In this document: in pieces, positions 25,635 through 36,300 of the stretch
How positions within the stretch are numbered: the stretch's first letter is position 1
How the letters are laid out: each line of letters starts with the position of its first letter
Virus record (IMG/VR): IMGVR_UViG_3300042673_002246
Length of the DNA: 64,000 bases
Strand: one strand, 5' to 3'
Origin: a virus
The notes under the pieces: generated by a model
The model's database searches: none
Told to the model about the DNA's origin: nothing
Seen by the model: only the letters and a program-made list of their open reading frames with translations
Program-made: the position numbers and the translations under genes

Positions 25635-27050
25635 CTACTTGCTGTTCTTTGGATTTAGGCGATTCATTATCGCATCTTGGCCCGGAAACTTGGGACCCAT
25701 AACGCGTCCTGTTTCTGGCTTCTTTTCTACTCGCGGACCTGGTGCGATTGTTGGTGGCTGTGGCCTATCAGCTCCTGGTCTTTTTGATGAAGGAGTTCCA
25801 GGATTTGGTTTTTGTCCTGGTGGGTACTTCTTTCCAGGACTCGGAATACGGTCTGCTGGCTTGCTTGGTTGAGGCCTACTTGGGCTTGGGTATCTGTCGG
25901 CTGGCTTGGTGTCTTTTGGCTCCGGTTTTTGCCCAGGAGGATACTTTTTCCCTGGACTTGGATATCTGTCGGCAGGCTTCTGGTCCCTTGGTTTGGATGG
26001 TGACGGCTTTTGCCCTGGTGGGTATTTCTTTGGCGGGTCTGGATACCTATCTGCAGGCTTCTGGTCACGTGGTTTTGAAGGAGATGGCTTCTGTCCCGGA
26101 GGTGATGATGGTCCCTTTGGAAGACCGTCAGCAGATGGCTTACCATCTGCCCCTCTTAGAACCTTGTCGAAAGCTGCTCTAGCTCTTGCACGAGCATCTC
26201 TTTCTTCCTTGCTTCTATCCTCAACACGTCGATTCATTTTTATTCCCTGAAGCTTTAGCTGCTGACGAACAAATTTTCTTCTCTGCGCTTCATAGTTCGC
26301 ATCGCTTGAGCGTTGATATGGTTTTCTTTGCTCTTGTGGAGTGCCATCGAAAATCATTCCATCGCTGTCGTGGTCTACGGCTTCCGCTGGATTTGTTCCG
26401 GTAGGAGCAGCGCCGCCAGCGCGTTGGCCAATTGACATTCCAAGAGCGGCTTTGTACTCATAATCTTCAAGTTCATCTGACTTCTTCTTTGAGTTTTGGT
26501 AACGCTCAAGAAGTCTTTTCCCTTTTGCAGCAAGCGCTGCTGCATCTTCCATATTTTTGGGAACTGGTTCCCCCCATGCTGCAGCAGAAAGAGCAAGTCT
26601 TGTTGCTCTTCCTTTTTCGTCTTTCATTGGTCCACGTGGGTTGGTGAAAAATCTAGTAAGGAATGAACCCTTGCGACGCATTTTTTCCGGTGTATCAGCT
26701 GGGCCTCTTACTCCTGGCTTTAGATTTGCGCCTTCTGTTCTCTTGAAGAACGCTCTACCAGCAGCTGTCAAACCACCCTTTGGGTCTTTGAGTGGTTTTT
26801 TCCCGCCCTTTGTTTTTATGTATTCAGGAATTGCCGAGATTTGTTCCTCGGATGGGAATTCGAATTGACCGACACGATTAGAACCGTAATACTCATCGAA
26901 TATCGGCATGAAATCTTCTGATTTAAGTTCGATTAGCGTTTCATCAATTAGCTGCTCGAGCTCATCTTGTTCTTGGATATTGTTCGCTATTTGCTCTAAT
27001 TCGGCAAAAAGCTCTTCATCGCTTTTGATTTGTGACATCGCATCTTCCAT
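25635..27050 (-). CDS. Head-region protein with conserved basic domain, DxDxDG motif and Pro/Lys-rich repeats
   Basis: PKGGLTAAGR...RRKGSFLTRF...ALSAAAW; DHDSDGMIFDGT; repeats. Confidence 0.75.
   Translation of the reverse strand: MEDAMSQIKSDEELFAELEQIANNIQEQDELEQLIDETLIELKSEDFMPIFDEYYGSNRVGQFEFPSEEQISAIPEYIKTKGGKKPLKDPKGGLTAAGRAFFKRTEGANLKPGVRGPADTPEKMRRKGSFLTRFFTNPRGPMKDEKGRATRLALSAAAWGEPVPKNMEDAAALAAKGKRLLERYQNSKKKSDELEDYEYKAALGMSIGQRAGGAAPTGTNPAEAVDHDSDGMIFDGTPQEQRKPYQRSSDANYEAQRRKFVRQQLKLQGIKMNRRVEDRSKEERDARARARAAFDKVLRGADGKPSADGLPKGPSSPPGQKPSPSKPRDQKPADRYPDPPKKYPPGQKPSPSKPRDQKPADRYPSPGKKYPPGQKPEPKDTKPADRYPSPSRPQPSKPADRIPSPGKKYPPGQKPNPGTPSSKRPGADRPQPPTIAPGPRVEKKPETGRVMGPKFPGQDAIMNRLNPKNSK
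25790..26105 (-). repeat. Imperfect tandem coding repeat (KKYPPGQKP...KPADRYP) x about 4
   Basis: Visible in the translation and as ~80-nt DNA repeats; boundaries approximate. Confidence 0.85.
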
Positions 27051-27080
27051 GGTTCAATTTTCGCACAGATATGAAACTAT

Positions 27081-27135
27081 AAAAGAAACAACCCCCGGTT
27101 TCACCGTTTTCACGATTACTCCCGGGGGTTATTTC
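27081..27135 (-). terminator. Intrinsic terminator after major capsid gene
   Basis: GAAATAACCCCCGG...CCGGGGGTTGTTTC followed by TTTT on the minus strand. Confidence 0.75.
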
Positions 27136-27167
27136 AACTCAAACTGGATAACCAGTTATTGGATTAA

Positions 27168-28517
27168 TCAGCTTGGCTCGTTGTCGAAGTCAACTTTGAC
27201 GAATGCTTCTGGACGCTTGACAGCAAGGGCGAGTCTCTGCTCGGCCAAGATGACGATTGCGTTGCGCACGAAGAAGTCTGAGTGCTGTTCCGAAATTCGG
27301 ATTGAAGCCTCTTCTCTGTCGTACAGCTGAGCACCGGTACCGAATGCACCGACCAGGGCTGTTCCCTCAGCGATTGCCGGGGTGTCAACGACTGGCATTC
27401 TCCAAACGCGTGGCTCGCCACCCATTGCCACTGACACAGCGACCAAGTACTGGCCGTTTGTATCCTTGGTCAATTCGATGTCTTCCCAGTCGTTCGGGTG
27501 CAACACGATGCCGGATGGCTCGTAGTAAGCAAGGAACGAGAGGGTTGCGGCACGACGAATTGCATCAGCCTTTGTGTCTGGAACTGGTGTGTCTGCACCG
27601 TCTGACCATGCGTACTCCTGAATGTTTGGAGTCTGAAGAACACCAAGAAGGTTTTCGCCAGTTCCATCGCCATTCAAAATCTGCGAGTCTTCTAGGAGAC
27701 GCAGACCGTACATGAGTTCGTTGTCGATGATTGAACGTAGCTGTGGCTCATCGGCGAGGACGTTGCGGTGTGCAGCTTCCCAGTGTGCCAATGTGCGAAC
27801 AGGAGCCTGCTCACCAACGAATGCGAACGATGACTGCGGCTTGATACCGAAGTTGCCACCAGAACGCTCAGCAACTGAAGATGCCGAGTTAACACCATGG
27901 CCAGCCTGAAGGGTTGTGAAACCGAGCTGACGGAAGTATTCGATTACTGCTGCAGATGTTCTGCGAACTGGGAACAGGTCGCGAACACGCTTTGTACGCA
28001 TTGGAGGAAGAACCATGGCATCGCGCTGAACGTTTCCGAAGCTGCCGAGGCGGCTGTCTGTAACTAGCGTTGTTGGCAATGCTGAGTAAACGTCCTTTAC
28101 GTTGTAAGCGGTCAATGAAGCAGCGACTTGCCATGGTGCAACCATGTTTGCGCCGTTACGGCCACCATTGAGTGTCTTGAACTCAGGTGACTCGATAAAC
28201 ATTTGACCGATTGACTTGATTTCGCGTGAGCTCAATTGACTGAGGTCTGCAGCTGCTGCAGCATAGCTTGAAGCTACTGCTTCTCCCTGTGGCTGTGATG
28301 ACCATGAGTCAACATCGCCCATTGTCTGAAGGTCAGCGAGCAGTGACTTAATTGACTTAATGTCCTGCATGTTCTTGTCGAATGCTGACTTCTGCTCAGA
28401 AGAAACAACTACTGTGCCTTCCTCGATTTTGAATGAGTCCGCAATGGCTTTATTGTCTGCCATTTTGGTGCGAAGAGCTGACTGCAGCTCTTCAATTCTT
28501 GCTTTGTCTTGTGACAT
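27168..28517 (-). CDS. HK97-fold major capsid protein with ~101-aa delta domain
   Basis: RVRDLFP, VRTLAHW, QILNGDGTGENLLG, IVLHPNDW, FVRNAIVILAEQRLALAVKRPEAFV. Confidence 0.96.
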   Translation of the reverse strand: MSQDKARIEELQSALRTKMADNKAIADSFKIEEGTVVVSSEQKSAFDKNMQDIKSIKSLLADLQTMGDVDSWSSQPQGEAVASSYAAAAADLSQLSSREIKSIGQMFIESPEFKTLNGGRNGANMVAPWQVAASLTAYNVKDVYSALPTTLVTDSRLGSFGNVQRDAMVLPPMRTKRVRDLFPVRRTSAAVIEYFRQLGFTTLQAGHGVNSASSVAERSGGNFGIKPQSSFAFVGEQAPVRTLAHWEAAHRNVLADEPQLRSIIDNELMYGLRLLEDSQILNGDGTGENLLGVLQTPNIQEYAWSDGADTPVPDTKADAIRRAATLSFLAYYEPSGIVLHPNDWEDIELTKDTNGQYLVAVSVAMGGEPRVWRMPVVDTPAIAEGTALVGAFGTGAQLYDREEASIRISEQHSDFFVRNAIVILAEQRLALAVKRPEAFVKVDFDNEPS

Positions 28518-28675
28518 GATTTGCTCCGTATTGGAATTTGAAGGGTTGAATTACTGCTTACGTCGTGGCTTAGGTAAGCACCCAGCCCTCGTAATATCAA
28601 AAATAACAGATGGTTTACATTCTTTAGTGCAACTAATAAAGTTTTATACAAAAGTGTGTAAATAGTAATTGCTAT

Positions 28676-29416
28676 TTATTTTTGACTGAGTTCCTCAGAA
28701 ATTGCGTGCTTTTTCTTTAGGTTGCTCTTGCCACCGGAACGAAAAACAGTACGAACGGCGTTCATTATTTCTCGGCTTCTGGTTCTCTCCGCATTTCTTC
28801 TTCCCAGCGAAGTTGAGCCGGTTCTATTTGCGTAATCGGTCATATTTGTGCAAGGCATCCAAACTGTTCTTCCGTTTTTGCTAACTCTCCTGCTTACGCC
28901 AATGCAACCGATTTGCCTAGCTCTTGACCGAGCTGAGTCTGGGTCCATGAACACATCTGTGTCATCTTCCCTTACGTATTGAGGGCCCTGAAGAGCTTTG
29001 CCGCTTACCGGGACACAGTTTGGGACCATGCTCCCATTTTTCCCAGGTTTCATTCCAACCTGTTTGTATCCAGGCCAACATGGACTGGATTCCGCTTTTC
29101 CAGCAAAATTCCCAGACACCAATCCACCGCCGTCGATTGTTTCTATTCCTCGAATCGGCATCTCGTTCAAGTTTTCCCAATTATCTATTCTTCGTTTTTT
29201 CTTTTTCTTTCCAGTGCTTCTTCCGGCAGCTTTTCTTTCTCCGGCAACAACGGTTCTCCATTTACTTGTTTCAGCAATATCTGATAGACGCTCAAGCTCA
29301 CCCATTGATGCACATGGCATCCAGTTGCCATCTTTATCCTTGTGCGCCCCAAAGCAACCCATTTCACGCGCAATTGCAAGTGCGTCAAGCTTCTTGACCA
29401 AGTCTGGTTTTTTCAT
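28676..29416 (-). CDS. Cys-motif head-region protein
   Basis: Two copies of AR.[MI]GC.G...WMPC plus CWPGYKQVGMK...VPNCVP. Confidence 0.7.
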   Translation of the reverse strand: MKKPDLVKKLDALAIAREMGCFGAHKDKDGNWMPCASMGELERLSDIAETSKWRTVVAGERKAAGRSTGKKKKKRRIDNWENLNEMPIRGIETIDGGGLVSGNFAGKAESSPCWPGYKQVGMKPGKNGSMVPNCVPVSGKALQGPQYVREDDTDVFMDPDSARSRARQIGCIGVSRRVSKNGRTVWMPCTNMTDYANRTGSTSLGRRNAERTRSREIMNAVRTVFRSGGKSNLKKKHAISEELSQK

Positions 29417-30156
29417 ATCTTCCTGCCAAGTTTTGACTGCAGTGCAGCGATGAGTCTTTGATTTCCCTCTGGGACTATTGGCTCGCGCTTTGATTCAACA
29501 AGGAATTCAGCGTGCCTATTTGCGCGCCGTGAAGGTGATTCTGGATTTGCCGTTTTTTCGGCAACGTGTGCTCTCACTATTGCTTTTTGTCCGATTCTTT
29601 CAACTATCCGATTGATTGCAATAGACGCAAGACTATTAGCCTCTCTTGAAATTAGTTGTCCAGATTTTTTATCAAATCCAATTTTTTGATTATTTTTTAT
29701 AGAACTAAATACTTCTGAGCGCCTAGCTGAAGATGAGAACAACCTTGCCTTGAAGTCAACTATGTTGATTTTTTCAATAGGGCTCTTGAATTTATCAATC
29801 CCCCTGCTAGACGGGGAACGAAATCCATTGGTTTTTGTCTCTGATGGAAATCTTGAAGCGTTCAGTATTTTCTTCTGTGATGTCACGATTGGGGTAGATG
29901 GAACGATTACTTCTGGAGAATCAAAATTTATTCCATCAACTATTCTCTGTACCGAAGAGTTAATTTCCTTGAAATCAGTTGCAACAAATCCAGCAGGAAG
30001 TGATTTTGTTGCGTACGACTCACGCGAAACAACACCATCTATTAGGCTGTTTCCGAATTCGGTTAGTGATTTAACAATAAACTTTGAATCATCATCAATA
30101 GCTATGGCATGCGGCATATTGCGCAGCGCATCTTTTATTATGGAAATACGTTTCAC
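29413..30156 (-). CDS. Hypothetical head-region protein
   Basis: 247-aa ORF, coupled on both sides. Confidence 0.65.
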   Translation of the reverse strand: MKRISIIKDALRNMPHAIAIDDDSKFIVKSLTEFGNSLIDGVVSRESYATKSLPAGFVATDFKEINSSVQRIVDGINFDSPEVIVPSTPIVTSQKKILNASRFPSETKTNGFRSPSSRGIDKFKSPIEKINIVDFKARLFSSSARRSEVFSSIKNNQKIGFDKKSGQLISREANSLASIAINRIVERIGQKAIVRAHVAEKTANPESPSRRANRHAEFLVESKREPIVPEGNQRLIAALQSKLGRKI

Positions 30157-32204
30157 TTGCCACCTCCGGAAATGAGACTTCGAAGTACTTGTTTTTGATT
30201 TTGTAGTACGTCAAGTCTTGAATTGAACAGTTTAGAAATAATGTTTAAGTGAATTTTTTCCCCATCAGACATCCCATACCCATTCATGTCGGATACAAAT
30301 TTTTTTGAGTTAAAACTTCTTGCCCGATTAATCATTTGTGACAAAAGTTTCATAAAAAGAACTCTTTGCTCTGCTCTTAGTTTTTGATAATAGTCAGAAT
30401 ATGCTGGAGTGAGTTGTGCGCCATAAAAATCATTGAGACGCATCTTCATTCTTTTTGTTATTTCTATTTTTGAGAGGTCAATCAATCCTGATGTGGTGTT
30501 ATCTGCCAATACCGCCCTGGTTCCATCAGCTGTATCTATTGGATAAATTGAGGATGCTGGTCTTGAGCGCTGGTCTGTCAAGAAGTCGCTTACAAGCATT
30601 CTTGCAACATCCGCAATATCAAGGTTTTCAAATTTTTGATTCGGGTTGAATACGCCACCAGGCACAGCAGACTCCACGTCCTGTCTCAGATACATTCTTT
30701 TATCGTTTGGTTTTCCAACAAATATCACATCCGGAGACTCCATGCCCAGATGCTGCTGGAGGTCTGACGCAAATCTCTCCGCTAGGTGCTGATAGTTTTT
30801 TGGCTTTTCGTAAACGAAATACTTTTGAGCCCCAGACTCAACCGCTGATATTGAATTTGATATTTTCTCCTTGCGGACTAATTGTTGATTTGCTAGAAGT
30901 TTTGCGAGAACGATAGGTGTAATTCGTGAAAAACTACCTCCGTCTGCAATGAAACTTATTGCATCATCAAGATTGTTTATTAGCTTTCCTCTCCCGGAAA
31001 GTGAAACCGTAGTTCGCGAGGTGCCCTGTTCTTCTTTTGGCAATTTCTGTAGTTTTCGCTTACCAAATAGCTTCTTTGCCCAGGCTGTTGTCCCATCAAT
31101 TATTTCATTAGGATTTTTGATTCCATCAAACGATTCGGAATACTGAATACCATCGCCTATTTCGTCGGCAACATTTCTCAGCCTTGCTCCTGGGTCTTTG
31201 CTGTTATTTATTTTTTGTGCTGAATTGACTACTCTTCCAAGTTTTCTTCTCTCGCCAACAGAGAGATTTCTGGCCTTAGACAGGCTTATTGTTGAACCAC
31301 CAGGTAGAACATAAATCAAACTTTTAATTCCAGTATTGGAAAGAAGTCCAAGCTCTTCTCCGCCGAGGTCGGATGAAGAAAGAGTCGACATAAGGTAGTA
31401 GGCGCCTTCCATGTCCCTGTTATCCGGGATAGCTCTCAGCACCTTCGTTGGAACTACTGGTTCCAGAACGAATCCATCACGCCTAACCATTCTCCTGGCT
31501 TTAGTGTTGGACGACAGGTTGAATTGACCGATTTCTTTTATGAGCGCTTTCACCTTGTCTGATGACGCTCTTCTGTTTTCGTTTCCAACGCGGGTAATTT
31601 GTGGTTTCCTGCTTGCAATAAGAGAGCTGTCGATTGGTCCGCCAGTAACAGTGCGACCCTGAACAGTGGATGGAAGTCCTGATGTGCCAGCTCCTCGTAT
31701 TGCTCTAATTGTTGCTCCGAGAGCGGAAGGAATATCAAAAAGTTTTGCACCGCACGTAGAAAGTCTGTTGTCAGTGAATCGCCCGCCGTACTGGTACCCT
31801 TCCGGACACCTGTAACCACGATTCTGACCCGGCCTTGAGCCACCCCTGCTCCCACCAAATCCAGGAGTTATTGTTCTGTATGTTGCAGAACGAATAGGGG
31901 AACGAATTGGTCCTGTATCTCCTGGCAGAAATGTGCTGAGCAATGTGCTTCCGAGTTGGCGGCCAAATTTTGCCTTAGTGCTCATGATTCCATTTGAATC
32001 AATTTTATGCTTTCTCCTGGTATTGCCATTAAGACGCGACAGGGCCTTATACTCAACAATCTTTTGACTGATTGCTCCACGCCCGCGAATAAAGTCAAAC
32101 TTTGACTTAGTGTCCAAATCAGAAAGAATAACTCTCGTTACGATACGAGAAGTTGACTCCGGACAGCAGTATTCTGTATCGCTATTAACCACAGCACTCC
32201 TCAT
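30153..32204 (-). CDS. Head-region protein (683 aa) with RCPxG...FTD...C motif and degenerate HipA/PI3-4-kinase-like C-terminus
   Basis: RCPEGYQYGGRFTDNRLSTCG; HLAERFASDLQQHLGMESP...SDFLTDQRSR...LADN. Confidence 0.65.
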   Translation of the reverse strand: MRSAVVNSDTEYCCPESTSRIVTRVILSDLDTKSKFDFIRGRGAISQKIVEYKALSRLNGNTRRKHKIDSNGIMSTKAKFGRQLGSTLLSTFLPGDTGPIRSPIRSATYRTITPGFGGSRGGSRPGQNRGYRCPEGYQYGGRFTDNRLSTCGAKLFDIPSALGATIRAIRGAGTSGLPSTVQGRTVTGGPIDSSLIASRKPQITRVGNENRRASSDKVKALIKEIGQFNLSSNTKARRMVRRDGFVLEPVVPTKVLRAIPDNRDMEGAYYLMSTLSSSDLGGEELGLLSNTGIKSLIYVLPGGSTISLSKARNLSVGERRKLGRVVNSAQKINNSKDPGARLRNVADEIGDGIQYSESFDGIKNPNEIIDGTTAWAKKLFGKRKLQKLPKEEQGTSRTTVSLSGRGKLINNLDDAISFIADGGSFSRITPIVLAKLLANQQLVRKEKISNSISAVESGAQKYFVYEKPKNYQHLAERFASDLQQHLGMESPDVIFVGKPNDKRMYLRQDVESAVPGGVFNPNQKFENLDIADVARMLVSDFLTDQRSRPASSIYPIDTADGTRAVLADNTTSGLIDLSKIEITKRMKMRLNDFYGAQLTPAYSDYYQKLRAEQRVLFMKLLSQMINRARSFNSKKFVSDMNGYGMSDGEKIHLNIISKLFNSRLDVLQNQKQVLRSLISGGGK

Positions 32205-32829
32205 CGAGTGATTTCTTTTTTACAACACTCTTCGACACTGTGCTGCCTGTTTCGTCCTCGCCTTCAATCTCCCAGTTTTTATCTTCTCTCAAAAAGTCCA
32301 TAAACTTTGGCTCCATTTCACAGAAGTCGCGCAAAACAAGAAACGCGTGCTTGTAGTCATCTTCAGTTACAACTTCAATTCCTTTTGATTCCTGTTGAAC
32401 AAAGTCGTGAAAAAACACGTCGTCAAAAATTGCGTCTTTTTTTGCCCCTCTAACAAGATTTGCTGGCTTTGCGTTGCTTGCCAGCCTTCTGGCAAATTGT
32501 GCATCAGTCCAGTTGGTCAGCTTGCGAATCTTCTTTTTGCAGTTCTTCATTCCTGGATGGTGGCATCCTTCATTTGGCCATAAACCAGTTGTTTCATGAT
32601 GAAGCCATGCGCAAATATTGTTCAGCGGATACAGTTCTGGGTGATTCGCTAAAATCACTCTGCATCTCCTGAACCCGCCTGGTTTTTTCATGATTGGACG
32701 CCAGTAGCGAAGTAGGCGCTCTAGGTTCCCTCGACGCGGTCCATATCCACGAAGAATATCGCCGGTGACAATCTCCTGAGGGAGTAGCCCTCCTAGTGGG
32801 TCGGCTTTTATTTCGTCTTCGTTAGACAT
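32185..32829 (-). CDS. Conserved actinophage head-region protein
   Basis: GNLERLLRYW...PGGFRRC...CAWLHHETTGLWP motif. Confidence 0.7.
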   Translation of the reverse strand: MSNEDEIKADPLGGLLPQEIVTGDILRGYGPRRGNLERLLRYWRPIMKKPGGFRRCRVILANHPELYPLNNICAWLHHETTGLWPNEGCHHPGMKNCKKKIRKLTNWTDAQFARRLASNAKPANLVRGAKKDAIFDDVFFHDFVQQESKGIEVVTEDDYKHAFLVLRDFCEMEPKFMDFLREDKNWEIEGEDETGSTVSKSVVKKKSLDEECCG

Positions 32830-33334
32830 CGTTGTTATCCTCCAATTGGCGCAAAATATTCATTGCGTTCCAGGCGTCGTCGCGCTGTTGCAGCGATTTA
32901 AATGAATAAATATCCCTCTCAGACTTTACCATTCCTCCGCAGCAACTAGTTTGAACTTGAACAACATCAGTCTTTGTGTTTAAAAACTCCTGAATGCGGT
33001 CAGATTTTTGTTTAAGCGATTTTTGTTTTTTACCCAATTTTGAAACAACATTTAGACCGTCAAGCATTTTTTTGTCTATTGGCTTAGTTTTTAAAATAAA
33101 TGTGTCGTACCATGAACCCTTGGTTGGATTTTGTGGTGAATCCCAAAGAAATCGTAAAAATCTTGACGAGCGGTTCTTTCTGACGCCGATTGCTTTTGCT
33201 GCAAAAGAGAAAAAGTACACGAATACGGCACTTCCGTCCGGACGAACAACTGCACCATCTTTGGAATTTTTATTCGCGTCGATTATGTAATAAATACGGT
33301 CTTGGCCTACTGAACCAGCCAATACAGCTTTCAT
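32822..33334 (-). CDS. Hypothetical protein
   Basis: 170-aa coupled ORF. Confidence 0.6.
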   Translation of the reverse strand: MKAVLAGSVGQDRIYYIIDANKNSKDGAVVRPDGSAVFVYFFSFAAKAIGVRKNRSSRFLRFLWDSPQNPTKGSWYDTFILKTKPIDKKMLDGLNVVSKLGKKQKSLKQKSDRIQEFLNTKTDVVQVQTSCCGGMVKSERDIYSFKSLQQRDDAWNAMNILRQLEDNNDV

Positions 33335-36300
33335 AGCATTGCTCCGCTTCTAGTCACAAGGCTAGGACTTTTCTCTTTTCTCATCTCTTCAAGAAGCTTT
33401 TTGGCGTTTTCTGCAATCTCGCGCATTATTTTTTCCCTAAGGACTGTCTCTATGTCGTCGGAGCGCTTTGCTGCTGCACTATAGCTCCTGGCATCAAAAA
33501 GATTAATTCCTTCTGGGTGAGCTATCCCTACATTATCAAAACCAAGTTTTTTATATTCATCTTGTATTTTTTTTGCAGCTCTATAGTTTCTTAATTTTTG
33601 CATGCTTTGCGTATTCATTTTGCTTCCAGAGTTAATTGAGTAAAAATACTCAATCTCTTCTTGTGAGAATCCTGCCGAACGAAGCCGCTCAGCAATCGAG
33701 CGATTATTGACTACGTCAGAAATATCTTCTTTGCCAGAATTTTCAGATAGTCGGGAGAATGGGTAGTTGATTTTCTCAACTTCATCCTTATCAAAACCGC
33801 CAAGAATTTGTGCTTCGAATACATCCCTGTCCACCCCTTGACCCAAGCTGCCAGGAGTTGGGAATTTGCCATCTCTATCTCTTCCACTATTTACGGAAGA
33901 GAAATCATCCGACATGCCAGCACCGAGAAGATTTAACGTTGATACTAGATTTCTGCTTCTCGAACCTGGGCTGCTACCACCGATATAAGCATCAACGATG
34001 TCATCACGGTTCATTGAGTTTAATGCAACCGGTCTGTGGCCGGTGCTTAACGAATCACCCTTACCATATGCAACTCTGTTCGATACATTTGGCTTGAGTA
34101 CAACTTCTATGTCGCCGAATGCGGTAAGTCCATCACCGACAATATCTTCGTCCATGATTTCAAAATTTGCATCCATGTCAATATTGCCTGAATTGTTTTG
34201 CAATACTTGATTTTGTTTTGCCTTTTTATATGAATTGTGAACAAGATATCCACTTACTGGCCTCAATTCATTTGGAATATCAGAAGATAGACCGATTGAT
34301 GATTGATAGTCTTTGGCAAAATTAATTGCGGACATTCCGATTCTCTGCGAGGAAGTGGCGTCAGTATCTCCGTCCGACATTTTCCCTGTTAGGACCTGCC
34401 TGCGCGTCCTTGACAAAACCCCACGCGTACGATTGTTATTGCGTGTTTCTGAAACATTCTTCATAAATGCCCTAAACCCATCGGCAAATGAGTTTTGTAG
34501 TTTTTTTCTGTTACTCACTGGTTTTCTTGGTCCTGAGTAATCGCCAAGTTTTTCCATCGCGCGCATGGCTGTGTTTTTGTCTATCGCTCCACTTCTTTGG
34601 AGCTCCCTGACAGCGACAAGAGCCAGGTCTTGATTTCCAGCAGCAGCAATTTGGTTTGCCACCTTTGCTATATCTTCTGATGTCCCACCGTTTCCAAAGA
34701 CGCTCATTGCCGCAATCGCCTGGACCATGTCTCCGCGCTCGGATTTTTCTACTCCGGCTTTTGTTAGCGCGCTAACTGCTCTTGCATTTGCATTTCTATC
34801 GTTTCTAGCTCGGTTCGCGGCACTTGTCATGTCTCTTCCAGAGCTGAACCATGTCCTTCGCGCAGCTGCCCTACCTGTGATTTCATCAGAATCGTCTGGT
34901 AGGACTATTCTGCGATTGGAACGCAACGACTGTCTTGTGGTGACTGCTTTTTTGTAGTCCGGACGTGCTGTGTATCCGACGGCACCAACCTTGATGAAGT
35001 CACCTCGCTCATAGAGCTCGTCGGCCATGTCTGAAATATTCGTCTTTAGGTCTTCTGCAACTTTCGCAATTTCCGAGTCGCTGATTTCAGCAATATCTCC
35101 CTTTTGCCAAGCATTTTCTGCACCAAGTCTTGCTTCTTTGATTCCATATACTTCCTGAAAAGCTCTGCCAAGTGTAAGGCCCTCAACGATGTCGGTTTGC
35201 ACTTCGTTAACATTTAGTGGAACCTGCAATTCATCACCTAAGCCAAGATTCGCTACGTTTATTCCTGCCCATCTGTGATGTCCATCCAAAATGTATTTAT
35301 CCATTGTTGCGAGTATCGGCGAACTGAACCACTGCTTATTGATTTCTTCAAGGAAGCGCCGTCTGAACTCATCGGACTTTCTATCAAGACCTTCTTGCTC
35401 TAGTTGGTCTGCGATTTCAAGTGCTTTTTTGGTTATTCCATCTGCCATGCCAGACACCTTTGATGCGACAAGCTGCTGCTGCGACGGAGCATACTCGTTT
35501 GCGGGGACTGTTTTTTTACGTACGGATGGACCAGTAGACGGGTCTTCTGGTGTAAGTGTTTCATTTAGGAATTGAATGAATTCACCCTCAAGATTCACCT
35601 CGGTGTTATTCCAATCCGTGTTCGAGTAGAACCAATTAAGTTCATCCTCTGACATTGGGTTCGATGATGGTTTGTTTTTCATTGGATGACGTTTTTTTAG
35701 GGATGCGTATCTTTCACTATCCTCAGTAGACAGTCCAGATGCAGGTTCCCATTTCCCATCGGCTTTACCATTTTTTAACATCCGTATGGCAATTGTGTTT
35801 GCGCCTTTTGTTCTTCCGTTTGTCTGGGGCATCTTTTCTCTATCTATGCCGATATGGCCAGAACACAGCAGATTTTGCATTGCATCATAAAGCCCACATA
35901 GGTCAGCCTGGTAGCTGTCGACATAGTCTTTTTTCATTTTGTTTACAAAATCTTTTGATGAGATATCGATGCCTGGATTGTTTGAAAGCACATCAGCTTC
36001 GTATGCTTTCTTGAAGTTCAACCATCTTTCGTTATTCTGCTCAATATGGGTCAAGGCGCTTTTCTGCACTGCCTTCTCTAGCTTTGCCTGAGCGCTAGCG
36101 GTAAGTGTTAGGTCTGCATCTTTTACAATCACGTGATGGCCGAGTGACATAAGCGCCAACGCTGTCGGTACGTCTTCGGCAATGTATGTATTTCTGTGAT
36201 TTGCGCTAATTGCCTTCCTTGTTGAGCGGACCAGTGATTTACCAAAAACCTTTGATATCTCGTCAGTAGTCATGTCATCGACGTTTTTTCCACCAGCAAC

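Noticed and set aside
25790-26105. Possible CRISPR-like array
   Set aside because: Repeats are in-frame, degenerate at synonymous positions and lack unique spacers; this is a protein repeat
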